A DNA stretch of 64,000 nucleotides, taken from positions 512,001 to 576,000 of the forward strand of contig JBMNFY010000017.1 of assembly GCA_050949565.1 (NCBI GenBank). Reading direction: 5' to 3'. The notes beneath the pieces were generated by a model. The model searched no databases, had not been told where the DNA came from, and worked only from the letters and a program-made list of their open reading frames with translations. A program made the position numbers and the translations under genes. This document shows positions 26,175-35,801 of this stretch, piece after piece (position 1 is the stretch's first letter; each line of letters opens with the position of its first letter). This DNA comes from Kiritimatiellia bacterium (GTDB lineage: Bacteria; Verrucomicrobiota; Kiritimatiellia; RFP12; UBA1067).

Positions 26175-28976
26175 TCACTTTCTTTCAATGAGGTACCACA
26201 CCGTCGGGGCCGATGCCGTCTCAACCGTTGAAACCTGAATCGGCGCGGAGAGCGCGCTCATATCCGGCGCAAGCGGCGTGACAACAAGCATGCCGCCGGT
26301 CTTAAAGCGGGCCGTGGCGTCCGTCGGCTCAACGCGCACGGTGCCGAGGCCCGGCTGCGGATGCGCCACGGTGAGATATTCACCGCGTATCATACCGTTG
26401 GGCGCTTTCACGAATGAGGCATACTGCATGTTGTCCTTGTCATTCTCCGCACGCGCGATCACTGTGAGGAGCATCTTTTTCGCCGTGTCGAGTCCCGCGC
26501 CATCAAGCGAACTCACCAGTATCGTCGTAAACATCGTGCGCGAGGTGACGCTGATATCCCTGAATGTCAATTCCCCCTTTGGAAAACCGGTAAAGCCCTG
26601 CGTACGCGGCGTATTGACAATGAGAAGCCCTTTGCCGAAATCGCGTATCACTTCGCCGGTGTCGCTCACGAGGCTGTCGCCCTGAATGCCGCGGTCGGGT
26701 GCGAGAAGCCCCTGCTTTTTGAGAGACTCATCGAGTTCTTGGGCCAGTTCGATGCCGGATTTTTTATTCGTTGCGCGTGAAAAAACGAACGACGCTTTTT
26801 CTGATGCGCCGATGACCGCCTGAGCACGGCCGTCCGGTTTGCCGAACGCGACCTCATACCGAGACACATACGGCACGTAGTTGAGCGGAAACGCCCCGTT
26901 GCGCAGACTACCGTTCGCAAGATAGATGTCGTCCTGAGCCGGAACAACCTGTACGAGATTCTTCCCCGGTGCAACATCGCGGCGATGATACATGATCGCC
27001 GCATTGGGCATGGTGGCGAGGAGCGCGGGATCGTTAAACTCAACCGTGGGCTGGAGCACAGCGGTGGCCGCATCGGCTTTGTCCCAGTCGTAGCCGTATC
27101 CGCCGAAATAACAGTAGAAACACATTGCATCCCAGTCCTGCAACGCGGCTGCCGACGCAGTGGACAGAAAATAACTTGAACGCCACTCATGCGGCCACAT
27201 CATGTTGCTCTCGGTAGACGTCACCGGCTTCGTGTTTAGCTTCACCATCGCGATGGCGTTCTCAATGAGTCCGGCACCGAACAGCGGGTTACGCTCCACC
27301 GACGGAACGTTCGCCATGTTGAGCGACCGCTTGTCCTTGCGCCGCCGAACATGATCGTAGTACACGTTCTGCGACGTGTAGTCCATCATCGTCTGCGTCT
27401 CAAGGTCGGATATGTCGTAGTAGATGTTCGAATCGGCCACCGGCAGCACGCAGCCGAGTGAACGGATGAAACCGACCATCTCCTTTTGCCAAGCGGTCTG
27501 CACCGCGCGGAAAAACGCGATTGTCGCGCGTATGCGCGGGGGCGATCTGTCTGTCTTCCAATCCCCCTCGTTGCGTATCTCATGCACCGTTACGGGATTC
27601 ACCGTGCCTGCGCCGGGGTCCTCGTCTGCCTTGAGCGCGCACAGTCCGTCGGGCGACGTCCACGCCTTTGCAAGCGCCTCGCGCGTACCGTATGTCTCAA
27701 CGAGCCACGCATTGAACTTTTTCCTCAACAGTTCCTGATAATGCGCGGGCCACGGTTTTGAGTTCCAATCGAAAAACATCGTCTGTTCGTTGATGAGCAT
27801 GAGCATGGCGACAGCAGGCTCATCCTTGAGCGCTTTGCCGGTATACCTGTTCACATGCGTGAGCAGCCCTTTGATGTATTGCTTGCCGAGTTCGATGAAC
27901 GCCGGCTCGAAATAAGCCCAGGGGTGATGCGCGCCGTACTCGGAGCCGTGCGGCACATCGACATCGGAAAAACCGCGCGCCGAAAGGCCCGTCACGGAAT
28001 CGAGCAGGATGTAGATGCCTTTGTCCTTTAAGCACTTCACGAAATAATCGAAGCGCTCCCATCTCTCGTCCGTATCGGGAAGAAATGTTGTACGGTCGGG
28101 CCTGTCGCGATCGATGAGCACATATTCGGTGAGATGAAAACGCACGAGATTGATGCCGCTGCGCGCAAGCGTTTCCGCCACGCGCTCGGCTTGATCGTGC
28201 GACGGGAACAGCGCATTCGACGCATGAATGTTCACCGCCCAGAACCGCGCCTGGGTGCCGTCGGCAAAATAAAAGTGACCGTTTTTCGACTGCACAAAAC
28301 CGTGCTTCCCCGCAGGCGCATGCAGAAGCGATGCACCGACATCCACGAGCGGTTTCGGCTGGCGCTTGGGATTCATCGGGAACGTGAACCATTTCGTGTA
28401 GTCCCTGGTGTCGAACTGCACGGGGTCCTGCTCGTAGAACTCAATGTCATCCACATAGACGACACCGGTGGACGATGACGGCGCGTAGAACGATGGCCTC
28501 ACGGCAAGGTAAAGACACTTCGTACCTGCCGGAAGTCCGCTGAGCACCAGCCAAAACTCCTGCCATTCGGCTGAAAGTTTGAATTTCGGCGTTGTCAGCC
28601 AGCGTATGAACTCATCCCCTTCTCCAAGCGCCGAGACACCCACCCATTGATTCGGCGCAGCGTCGCCGTCGGAACGGATAAAACCCTTGAACACATAGCT
28701 CTTCGTCTCATCGACTTCGACGCGTACGACCGCATACGGCGATGCGTCATCGAACTCGTCACGTACCATGAGGCACTGTTTGCCGCCGTGCGGTTTTTCT
28801 CCGGACCGCATAACGGCGCGCGCCAACTTCGCGGCATCCATTCCCGGCTTCGTCCCCCACGTAACCCACTTTCCTTTGTCGGTCTCGAAATCCCAGGTCT
28901 GGCGACCGGCCGCACTGAACGTCATGCCGGTCGCAACAAGCAACGCACTAATTAACACGCACTTCATTGAGGGCAT
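26175..28976 (-). CDS. Secreted clan GH-A (GH5-like) glycoside hydrolase with N-terminal CBM4/9-like module
   Basis: Signal peptide, WDFE..YVDDIEF CBM, PAGKHGFV..RFWAVN, GINLVRFH, LLTHVNRYTG, INE acid/base, TE nucleophile, ALQDWD. Confidence 0.8.
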   Translation of the reverse strand: MPSMKCVLISALLVATGMTFSAAGRQTWDFETDKGKWVTWGTKPGMDAAKLARAVMRSGEKPHGGKQCLMVRDEFDDASPYAVVRVEVDETKSYVFKGFIRSDGDAAPNQWVGVSALGEGDEFIRWLTTPKFKLSAEWQEFWLVLSGLPAGTKCLYLAVRPSFYAPSSSTGVVYVDDIEFYEQDPVQFDTRDYTKWFTFPMNPKRQPKPLVDVGASLLHAPAGKHGFVQSKNGHFYFADGTQARFWAVNIHASNALFPSHDQAERVAETLARSGINLVRFHLTEYVLIDRDRPDRTTFLPDTDERWERFDYFVKCLKDKGIYILLDSVTGLSARGFSDVDVPHGSEYGAHHPWAYFEPAFIELGKQYIKGLLTHVNRYTGKALKDEPAVAMLMLINEQTMFFDWNSKPWPAHYQELLRKKFNAWLVETYGTREALAKAWTSPDGLCALKADEDPGAGTVNPVTVHEIRNEGDWKTDRSPPRIRATIAFFRAVQTAWQKEMVGFIRSLGCVLPVADSNIYYDISDLETQTMMDYTSQNVYYDHVRRRKDKRSLNMANVPSVERNPLFGAGLIENAIAMVKLNTKPVTSTESNMMWPHEWRSSYFLSTASAAALQDWDAMCFYCYFGGYGYDWDKADAATAVLQPTVEFNDPALLATMPNAAIMYHRRDVAPGKNLVQVVPAQDDIYLANGSLRNGAFPLNYVPYVSRYEVAFGKPDGRAQAVIGASEKASFVFSRATNKKSGIELAQELDESLKKQGLLAPDRGIQGDSLVSDTGEVIRDFGKGLLIVNTPRTQGFTGFPKGELTFRDISVTSRTMFTTILVSSLDGAGLDTAKKMLLTVIARAENDKDNMQYASFVKAPNGMIRGEYLTVAHPQPGLGTVRVEPTDATARFKTGGMLVVTPLAPDMSALSAPIQVSTVETASAPTVWYLIERK

Positions 28977-28979
28977 CCT

Positions 28980-30416
28980 TCACCCCAGCGTATAGCCGGC
29001 GCGGTACGGGTAGTGTAGCAGCTCGTTCGCCTCGGGACAGTTCGTGAACACTTCTCGCCCGGGGTCCCACTCAAGACGGCGTCCAAGCTTATAGGCGATG
29101 TTCGCGAGATGCGCGAACGTGGTTGAACGGTGGCCTTCCTCCAGAGAGCAGAGGCAAGTTCCGCGATCTTTGATGCGGTCCAGAAAGTCACGGATCACGT
29201 TGTTCGTACTGCTCGCCGCCGAACCATCGTCGAGAAGCGCCTCCTTGTACTGGTAGAATACCGGCTCGAACTTGTCGCCGGGGTCGTTTATAAACTCGCG
29301 GCGATTCACGGGCGTGATTTCGTAGCCGCTCTGCGAGGAGACGATCCGCGCATCACCGGAGGTGAGTTCCAGTTCACCGCTCATCTTTTTGCCGGGCGCA
29401 ATCGGACGCGCCGGCCCGCCCTCATACACGTTGAACTCGAGCATCTTGCCGCTCGCGAACTCGAATAAGCACGTCATGGTGTCGGGAATCGTTGCGTCGG
29501 AATCCGGCGTAAAGTACTTCCCGCCCACGGCCGTCACCGCACAGGGCGCCGTCTCGCCGAGCATCCAGCGCATCGCATCGATGTAGTGAACGCCCCAGTT
29601 GCCCACCTGGCTTGAGAAGTCGATCTGCCAGCGGAAAAAGTACGGCGCGATCGTATACTTGTAGTCACGCCAGGCACGCGGCCCCAGCCAGGCGTCCCAG
29701 TCCATCCCTTTCGGCGGTTGCGAGGGCGGGCACTTGCCGATGCCGTTGGGGAAGATGTTCGAACAGCGCGCGGCGCGGCCATGGCGGAACGTGCCGTACT
29801 TGCCCGAGAGAATCTCCTGACGCAACTTCTGGTAAGGCACGCAACCACGACGGTTGAGCCCCGTGCAACACACCTGCTTGGACGCCCTCTCGGCATTCAC
29901 CATCGCGCGGCCCTCGGCGACCGTCACCGTGAGCGGCTTCTCGCAGTAGACATCCTTCCCGGCCTTGATGGCGTCAATCGTCATGATCGCGTGCCAGTGG
30001 TCCGGCGTGCCGATGAAGACCGCGTCCACGTTCTTGTCTGCCAGCAGTTCGCGATAGTCCTTATACAGCTTACAGCGGCCAGCCCGGATGCTGTCCAACA
30101 GCTTCACCTCGTGCGGAAGGCGCGTACCATCCTTCTTAAGGAAGATCGGCAGACGTCCTTTCAGGCCCCACTCCAAGAATTTGGGGTCGAACGCTGTTTC
30201 GTCACGCTTCAGGTACGGCTCGTATACGTCGCACAGCGCCGTCACCTCCACGTCCGGGTAGTTCATGAACAGATGCATCACCTGCGTGCCGCGGTTGCCC
30301 ACGCCGATGAAGCCCATGCGAATCTTCTGCTCCGCGTTCTCGGCCTTCACGATGGCCGGCATCGCCAACGTTCCCGCTGTCGCCATACCACTCTTGATAA
30401 ATGCCCTTCTTTTCAT
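28980..30416 (-). CDS. Tat-exported Gfo/Idh/MocA oxidoreductase
   Basis: MKRRAFIK, GVGNRG, GTPDHWHA, DVYCEKPL, NWGVHYID. Confidence 0.92.
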   Translation of the reverse strand: MKRRAFIKSGMATAGTLAMPAIVKAENAEQKIRMGFIGVGNRGTQVMHLFMNYPDVEVTALCDVYEPYLKRDETAFDPKFLEWGLKGRLPIFLKKDGTRLPHEVKLLDSIRAGRCKLYKDYRELLADKNVDAVFIGTPDHWHAIMTIDAIKAGKDVYCEKPLTVTVAEGRAMVNAERASKQVCCTGLNRRGCVPYQKLRQEILSGKYGTFRHGRAARCSNIFPNGIGKCPPSQPPKGMDWDAWLGPRAWRDYKYTIAPYFFRWQIDFSSQVGNWGVHYIDAMRWMLGETAPCAVTAVGGKYFTPDSDATIPDTMTCLFEFASGKMLEFNVYEGGPARPIAPGKKMSGELELTSGDARIVSSQSGYEITPVNRREFINDPGDKFEPVFYQYKEALLDDGSAASSTNNVIRDFLDRIKDRGTCLCSLEEGHRSTTFAHLANIAYKLGRRLEWDPGREVFTNCPEANELLHYPYRAGYTLG

Positions 30417-30432
30417 TTCCTCTCCTCTCAAA

Positions 30433-31815
30433 CTACCGGTGCAAACCATAGTTCTGCTTTTCGTAAAGTTCGGGACGGCTCTCATCCACGTAAAGACTCC
30501 GCGCGTCACCGAGGCCCGGCCCCACGGAAAGCCAAAATGTCTGCGGCTGCGCATCAAGATCGATGTCCGCCCAGGCGAACCCGCCGTCCTCGAATGTCTG
30601 CGCCACCCAGTTGCCCTTCGCGTCGATCACGCCGTTCGGCAGATGCCGCTGGCGCATGGACACGAGAAACGGGATACCCGTATCGATTGCGCGTGCCGGG
30701 AAGCTGATCTCCACATGGTCGTTCGCGCAGCCCGCAAGCGGGAAAAGAATGAGTTCCACCTCCTTGCGGCGCAGGAACTTGGCCGATTCGCTAAACCAGT
30801 TGTCCCAGCATGTGAGACAGCTCACGCGCCCGAAATCGAGATCGAACACCTTGAAATCATCGTCCGGCAAAAGCCCCGCCATGTATTCGCCGCTCGTGAG
30901 TGTCACCTTGCGGTAGCGCCCCACCAGTTGACCTGCACGATCCACGATGAACGTGGTGTTGTGATGCGTGCCCTCCTGCGTCTTCTCGCGCACGTTCATC
31001 GCGATGTACGTGCGGTGCTTCTTCGCATACTTCGACGCAAGCGCAAAGGACGGACCGCCGGGGACGAACTCGTCGGTCTTTTCAGGGCACGGCGAACCGC
31101 CCGTATTCACGAAACACTCCGAGAAGAGAATGATGTCCGGACGCTCCACATGTGCGAAGATGTTCGTGAGGCACGCCTCAATCTGCCAGAGCCGCGACGC
31201 GATGACGGCATCGGGATCATCCCAGCCCGGCTTCGTCTTCTCGAATCCCGGAGCGCGGAAACTGGCGCCTTTTTCATACGGATTGCCCGAAACGCAACGC
31301 ACCACGCGCGGCTTCGGCCGGTCGCATGACACGGCCGCGACCGTCTCAAACCGCACGTCCATCTCATGCCACTTGCAGATGAGATCAATGCGGATCATAT
31401 TGCACTTTTGGGGAACCGGCATTGTGCGGTCGAAGGCGCGCACGATCACACCGTCCGCACCGAGTGTGTCCTTGTATGAGATAAAGTCGCGCTGATAGAA
31501 CGACACCCCTTTGCGGTTCCCCTTCTCCGGATCATACCAGGTCACATACATCATCACGTCGTTATACGCCGACGACTCGCCCTTCCCCAGTTTGATCGTG
31601 GCGCGTCCAGTAAAGCGCACACCGCGGCCGGGCTCGACCGCTGCCGTGGTCTCCCACCACCCGCAACTACGTCGCGAAGGCAGACGGATCACGTGCGCCT
31701 CCCCTTCCGTCGTCCCCACGGCGGGATCAGGTGAAAGCGGTGCCGAGAAAAACTCCCAGTCAGCTCCCTGCGCCGTGAAGACAGCCGCAACCATAAGCAA
31801 AAACAAACACTTCAT
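30433..31815 (-). CDS. Exported carbon-nitrogen hydrolase (nitrilase superfamily) with N-terminal beta-sandwich-like domain
   Basis: Signal peptide from 31815; Glu-Lys-Cys triad in FSEC, YRKV, TCWD. Confidence 0.85.
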   Translation of the reverse strand: MKCLFLLMVAAVFTAQGADWEFFSAPLSPDPAVGTTEGEAHVIRLPSRRSCGWWETTAAVEPGRGVRFTGRATIKLGKGESSAYNDVMMYVTWYDPEKGNRKGVSFYQRDFISYKDTLGADGVIVRAFDRTMPVPQKCNMIRIDLICKWHEMDVRFETVAAVSCDRPKPRVVRCVSGNPYEKGASFRAPGFEKTKPGWDDPDAVIASRLWQIEACLTNIFAHVERPDIILFSECFVNTGGSPCPEKTDEFVPGGPSFALASKYAKKHRTYIAMNVREKTQEGTHHNTTFIVDRAGQLVGRYRKVTLTSGEYMAGLLPDDDFKVFDLDFGRVSCLTCWDNWFSESAKFLRRKEVELILFPLAGCANDHVEISFPARAIDTGIPFLVSMRQRHLPNGVIDAKGNWVAQTFEDGGFAWADIDLDAQPQTFWLSVGPGLGDARSLYVDESRPELYEKQNYGLHR

Positions 31816-31880
31816 CACGTACTCTCCACTTCTAGCCCCACCCGCCAATAGTTGGCATTGCGCTGGCTATTGGCGTATTA

Positions 31881-32622
31881 GCTTTCATTTCATGGTGATT
31901 TCGCAGCCGGGGCGTTGGTGCCTGTGATACGCCAGATATAGAAGGTTTTGTCAAACTTGAGTGTATATCCGAGATTCTCCAATCTGGTGCGGGAAAGAAG
32001 AAAACGGTCGGTCGGATGGAACCCTGAGAATTGCATGCGTTTTCTTCTTTCGGATTCTGTCCAGAAATAGGCTCCGAACGCGCGTTCTTGAAAGTTAATG
32101 CTCATAAGTTGCGCTCGGATTTCTTCGGGGACAGAAAACCCATTCAACGCTAACGGCATGCCATCGGTCCATTCGCTCCCCGTCCAAACAGGAAGGATTC
32201 CCTCTTCGTGATATTTCCTGCCGCTACCTTTTGTCGTTTTGATGGCATCCTTGACAGAGCCGGAAGAGGGCGGGATTGGAATCGCAACAAGCAACTGCGA
32301 CTTCCTGTAATCCACGGCCTTTTCTTTCGCAGCCGCCACGTTGTTCGTTCCGCGCAGGAATTTAACAACCTCCGTATCCCTGTCGCTATGGTACGCCGTG
32401 GTCCCCGCCCTGTCAGCCAACGCGAGTTGCGACAGGCGCGACACAGGCGACACCTCATTTGTCGAAGCACAAGCGAACAGCGCTTGCGCGACAAATATGA
32501 CGACGCCCGAATGAGCCAGACGAAACGTGCTGGTTCTAAAATATGAAAATGCTTTCATTTCACGGTGATTTCGCAGCCGGAGCGTTGGTGCCTGTGATAC
32601 GCCAGATACCGAAGGTTCTGTC
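31881..32622. repeat. Direct repeat (~58-72 bp) at 31881-31952 and 32551-32622 spanning gene 3' end, stop codon and next ATG
   Basis: The first 58 bp differ at only 2 positions. It encodes [15 protein letters not shown] followed by A-ATG-AAA-GC on the minus strand. Confidence 0.92.
31890..32558 (-). CDS. Hypothetical exported protein, paralog of 32560-33213 (immunity-like)
   Basis: Start at ATG 32558 just after the upstream stop. Shared blocks PVWxGSxWxDG..LAxNGF and [14 protein letters not shown]. Lower GC than flanks. Confidence 0.7.
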   Translation of the reverse strand: MKAFSYFRTSTFRLAHSGVVIFVAQALFACASTNEVSPVSRLSQLALADRAGTTAYHSDRDTEVVKFLRGTNNVAAAKEKAVDYRKSQLLVAIPIPPSSGSVKDAIKTTKGSGRKYHEEGILPVWTGSEWTDGMPLALNGFSVPEEIRAQLMSINFQERAFGAYFWTESERRKRMQFSGFHPTDRFLLSRTRLENLGYTLKFDKTFYIWRITGTNAPAAKSP

Positions 32623-33213
32623 GTATTTGGTTTCGAAGCCAGCATAATAAAGTTTCATACGGCAAATTGTTCTTTGATTGGCTTCATGGCCCAAGGCGTC
32701 ACCCTCCGCTGCATCAGCTATTCGCTTGCAGAAAGCAAAGTAATTCAGCATGCTTAGCGTCTGTAATTGGTTCGTGCAGTTAAACCCATTACAAGCCAGT
32801 CTTGTCCCATCGATCCACGCCGAACCTAACCATACGGGGACAACGTGCTCTTCTGCTAGTTTAGTCCAGATTTTTTCAATGTCTGACTTTGTGTTCAGTG
32901 TGCCATTGGATATGCTGCCCCATGCCGGCAAGGCCGCGAGAAGTGCCCTTTCTTTGGCAGATTTACCGACAACAATCTCCTCGGAAGAGCTTTCCGTATA
33001 CCCGATTTTCACCAGTTCGTCTTCTCTGTTGCTTCGATAGTCACTTGATCCGGAAAAGTCCTCCAAACTCAATCGACGATAAACATTGATATAGTTTTGA
33101 AACTCCACATCAACTGAAACAGTCCCGTTCGAAGCAACTTGCTGCCCGTTCGACAGACACCTTGTTGCTCCAAACGCGATCATACCAACGATAACCAATC
33201 TTGACGTAATCAT
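32560..33213 (-). CDS. Hypothetical exported protein (immunity-like)
   Basis: GGAGG RBS, N-terminal hydrophobic signal, low GC, paralog of the downstream gene. Confidence 0.7.
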
Positions 33214-33228
33214 CTGATAGCCTCCCTT

Positions 33229-34060
33229 TTACGGATGAGTGAAACTCATTGTGCCTGCGGCATTTGTCGTTGCTGTCGTCAGGTTGTCCCATGTCTTTGT
33301 CTCAAAGGGAATACCTAACTCGGGTTGAGTATGGGCTCCACTGTCGGGGATCCCTTTTATACAATAAAGTCCGACGGTAAAATAAAGTTCAGTCTTTTGT
33401 CCAGCGAGATAGGGTTCACGTATTGGAGTGTCGGAGATATAGTGAAATCCATTTCGGATATCAGGCGGATAAATCGGATTATCTGTTCGAGAATCTATTA
33501 CGTCATTCACAAAATTGATGTCAACAAGTCCTCTTCCATAAAGATTCACTTTTCGGAAGACCCCGTTTGAAACACTGCAATAGCCTCTAACTTTCTGGAC
33601 AAAACAAAAATGCGACAACGACGCATCTGAAAGCGGCGTTGATTGGAAACGATGGAACGCATTTCTTTCGCTTGTAGGTGGTTCATCGATGTAGGGAATA
33701 ATAAACTGTTCAACCGACCCCGGCACACAGACGGTGACGTGGGCGGTGTTGGAGCATGCGGGGATGGCGATGGACGTGGCGGTGATCGTATAGTTGGTGC
33801 CGATGTTGCCGGGCTGGAAGATGGCGGCTTCGCCACCTCCGTCCAGAGTCGCACCGTCCGGCACCTGGGGCGAGAGCGTCCAGATGACGCCGCCGGGAGC
33901 ATAGCTGTTGGTCAGGGAGAAGACGGTGTTTTCAAGGCAACGGGGACATCCGAGAAGTTCGGGCGGCGTGATCTCGATGCTGTGCAGAGTGAGGATCACA
34001 CTCTTGCCTTCGCCTGCAAAGGGAGTGTCCGCCGGATCGGTCGCGTGGGTGCCGAGCAGT
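33229..34060 (-). pseudogene. Orphan C-terminal fragment of a large surface protein with a low-GC variable tip
   Basis: GC-rich Ig-like segment (..NYTITATS..TAHVTVCVPG) switches abruptly at about 33720 to AT-richer codons. No credible start or signal peptide. Confidence 0.5.
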
Positions 34061-34537
34061 CCTGCGGTATCCTCAGCTACGAGGAACACGCCCGGCGCAA
34101 TACGGCAAAACTTTGTATTTAAGGACTTTCTTCGGGAGCGGAAGCGGATGGGTATCGTCATCGACCATGAGGTGCGCAAGTGCGTCATCATCGAAAAACC
34201 AATCAAACTCTTTGCAAGGTTATCGGGGTTATAGTTTGACACTAGGCATTTCGTGTTTCCAGCAACCTCAATACATGCGCAGCCGACCGATACAAGGCTT
34301 TGTCGGTTTTCAGCCGCGCCGCCATCTTTCCGTTGCTGCCTCGGTTGCCTCGCCACGGCAATACATTACCACACCGCGAAAACGCCTCGCAACCCTTGAT
34401 TGGCCCATGTCAAAATACCGCGTGGGGCCTTGGCGATCTTGACGCCCTGACGGTTCCAAAAAAATTTTGTGTTTGTGTTTGTGTGAGAGAAAACTGAACG
34501 TCTTGCACCGGTCCGGCGTTTAGATATACTAAGGAGG

Positions 34538-35680
34538 ATGAAAATGAAAAAAAGTTTACTGATCTCTGTGTTGCTGTTTGCTGTGGCCGTCTCACACGCT
34601 GCTTCGCCAGCGCTTCCCGAAGCGCTTCAGAAAGAGGCGCGCGCGGCAATCGACAAGGGATTGGCTTGGCTCATCGCCAACCAAAAGGAGGGCGGTTTCT
34701 GGTCTGACGAAAGGAATCCGGCCATGACAGCGCTGCCGGTCTGGGCGATCTCCGCTGCCGGTGTTACCGCCTACTCTTCACAGGTCGACAGGGCGGTCGC
34801 CTACATTCTCTCCAAAGCCCAGCCTGACGGCGGCATCTATGTGCCTGATCCGCGACGCGGCGGCGCGGGCCTCGGCAACTACAACACCTCGCTCTGTATG
34901 ATGGGGCTGCACGCCACCGGCCGCAAAGATGTGATCCGCGTGATCCAGAAAGCGCGCGATTATACCGCCTCGACCCAGCTTGTCGGCGATGACCATCACG
35001 CTGGCGGATTCGGCTACGACAAAGGCGGCAGACGCCACACTGACCTGAACAACACCGGCATGGCCATCGACGCCATGCGCCGCACGCAGGATGTCGAGGA
35101 TCTCCGGCCGTCCGGTGAAAGACGCGCCGATCTGAACTGGGACGCCGCGCTGAAATATGTTGAAAACATGCAGCGCAAAGAGGGCGAAGACAAGGGCGGT
35201 TTTCTCTACACCCAATCGTTCGAGCCGGGCGGCATACCCGCCCCCAAAAAAGGACAGGATGGCGCAGGTGCCGCAAGCACACGGCCGCAACTCCGCGCCT
35301 ACGGATCAATCACCTATGTCGGTCTGCTCGCCATGATCCACTCGAAGCTAACGCGCGACGATCCGCGTGTACGCTCAGCGGTCGATTACTGCACCAAGCA
35401 TTGGACCCTCGACGAAAATCCGGGGCAAGGCGAACAGGGCATCTTCTTCTACTACAACATTCTGACGCGCGCCCTGAGCGCTGCGGGCATCGATGAGATT
35501 CCACAGGTAGCAGGCGGCAACCTCGCCTGGCGCGAGGAACTGGTCCGCAAGATCATCAGCCTCCAAAGGCCCGACGGCTCCTGGATCAACGATAACAACC
35601 GCTGGTGGGAAAACGACCCGGTGCTGGTGACCTCCTACAGCCTGCTGGCGCTTGAATTCGCATGCGGGCTGACGCAGTAG
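34538..35680 (+). CDS. Secreted prenyltransferase/squalene-oxidase-repeat (alpha/alpha toroid) protein
   Basis: AAGGAGG RBS, signal peptide, repeats KGLAWLIANQKEGGFW, AQPDGG, LQRPDGSW. Confidence 0.82.
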   Translation: MKMKKSLLISVLLFAVAVSHAASPALPEALQKEARAAIDKGLAWLIANQKEGGFWSDERNPAMTALPVWAISAAGVTAYSSQVDRAVAYILSKAQPDGGIYVPDPRRGGAGLGNYNTSLCMMGLHATGRKDVIRVIQKARDYTASTQLVGDDHHAGGFGYDKGGRRHTDLNNTGMAIDAMRRTQDVEDLRPSGERRADLNWDAALKYVENMQRKEGEDKGGFLYTQSFEPGGIPAPKKGQDGAGAASTRPQLRAYGSITYVGLLAMIHSKLTRDDPRVRSAVDYCTKHWTLDENPGQGEQGIFFYYNILTRALSAAGIDEIPQVAGGNLAWREELVRKIISLQRPDGSWINDNNRWWENDPVLVTSYSLLALEFACGLTQ

Positions 35681-35694
35681 CCCTCAAAAAAGCA

Positions 35695-35761
35695 AACCGC
35701 CAAGGTGCCAAGAACACCAAGGAAATCATGATTTTCATGAAGTTTCATGTGCTTCATGGTT
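35695..35761. repeat. Hybrid repeat junction: triple CCAAG-type left end joined to a reverse triple-CATG end
   Basis: AACCGCCAAGGTGCCAAGAACACCAAG (35695-35721), then TTTCATGAAGTTTCATGTGCTTCATGGTT (35733-35761, one mismatch to consensus). Confidence 0.85.
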
Positions 35762-35801
35762 CCACTTAAGCGTTGCCGGTGGCTCCGACCACGACGCGCG
35801 G

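Noticed and set aside
31836-31882. Hairpin CGCCAATAG..CTATTGGCG as an attC site for the low-GC genes
   Set aside because: Lacks the conserved AAC/GTT cores and is not repeated after the other gene.
31881-32622. Diversity-generating retroelement TR/VR pair
   Set aside because: The two mismatches in the core repeat go in opposite directions and give no adenine-specific pattern, both copies are coding gene ends, and no reverse transcriptase is in the window.
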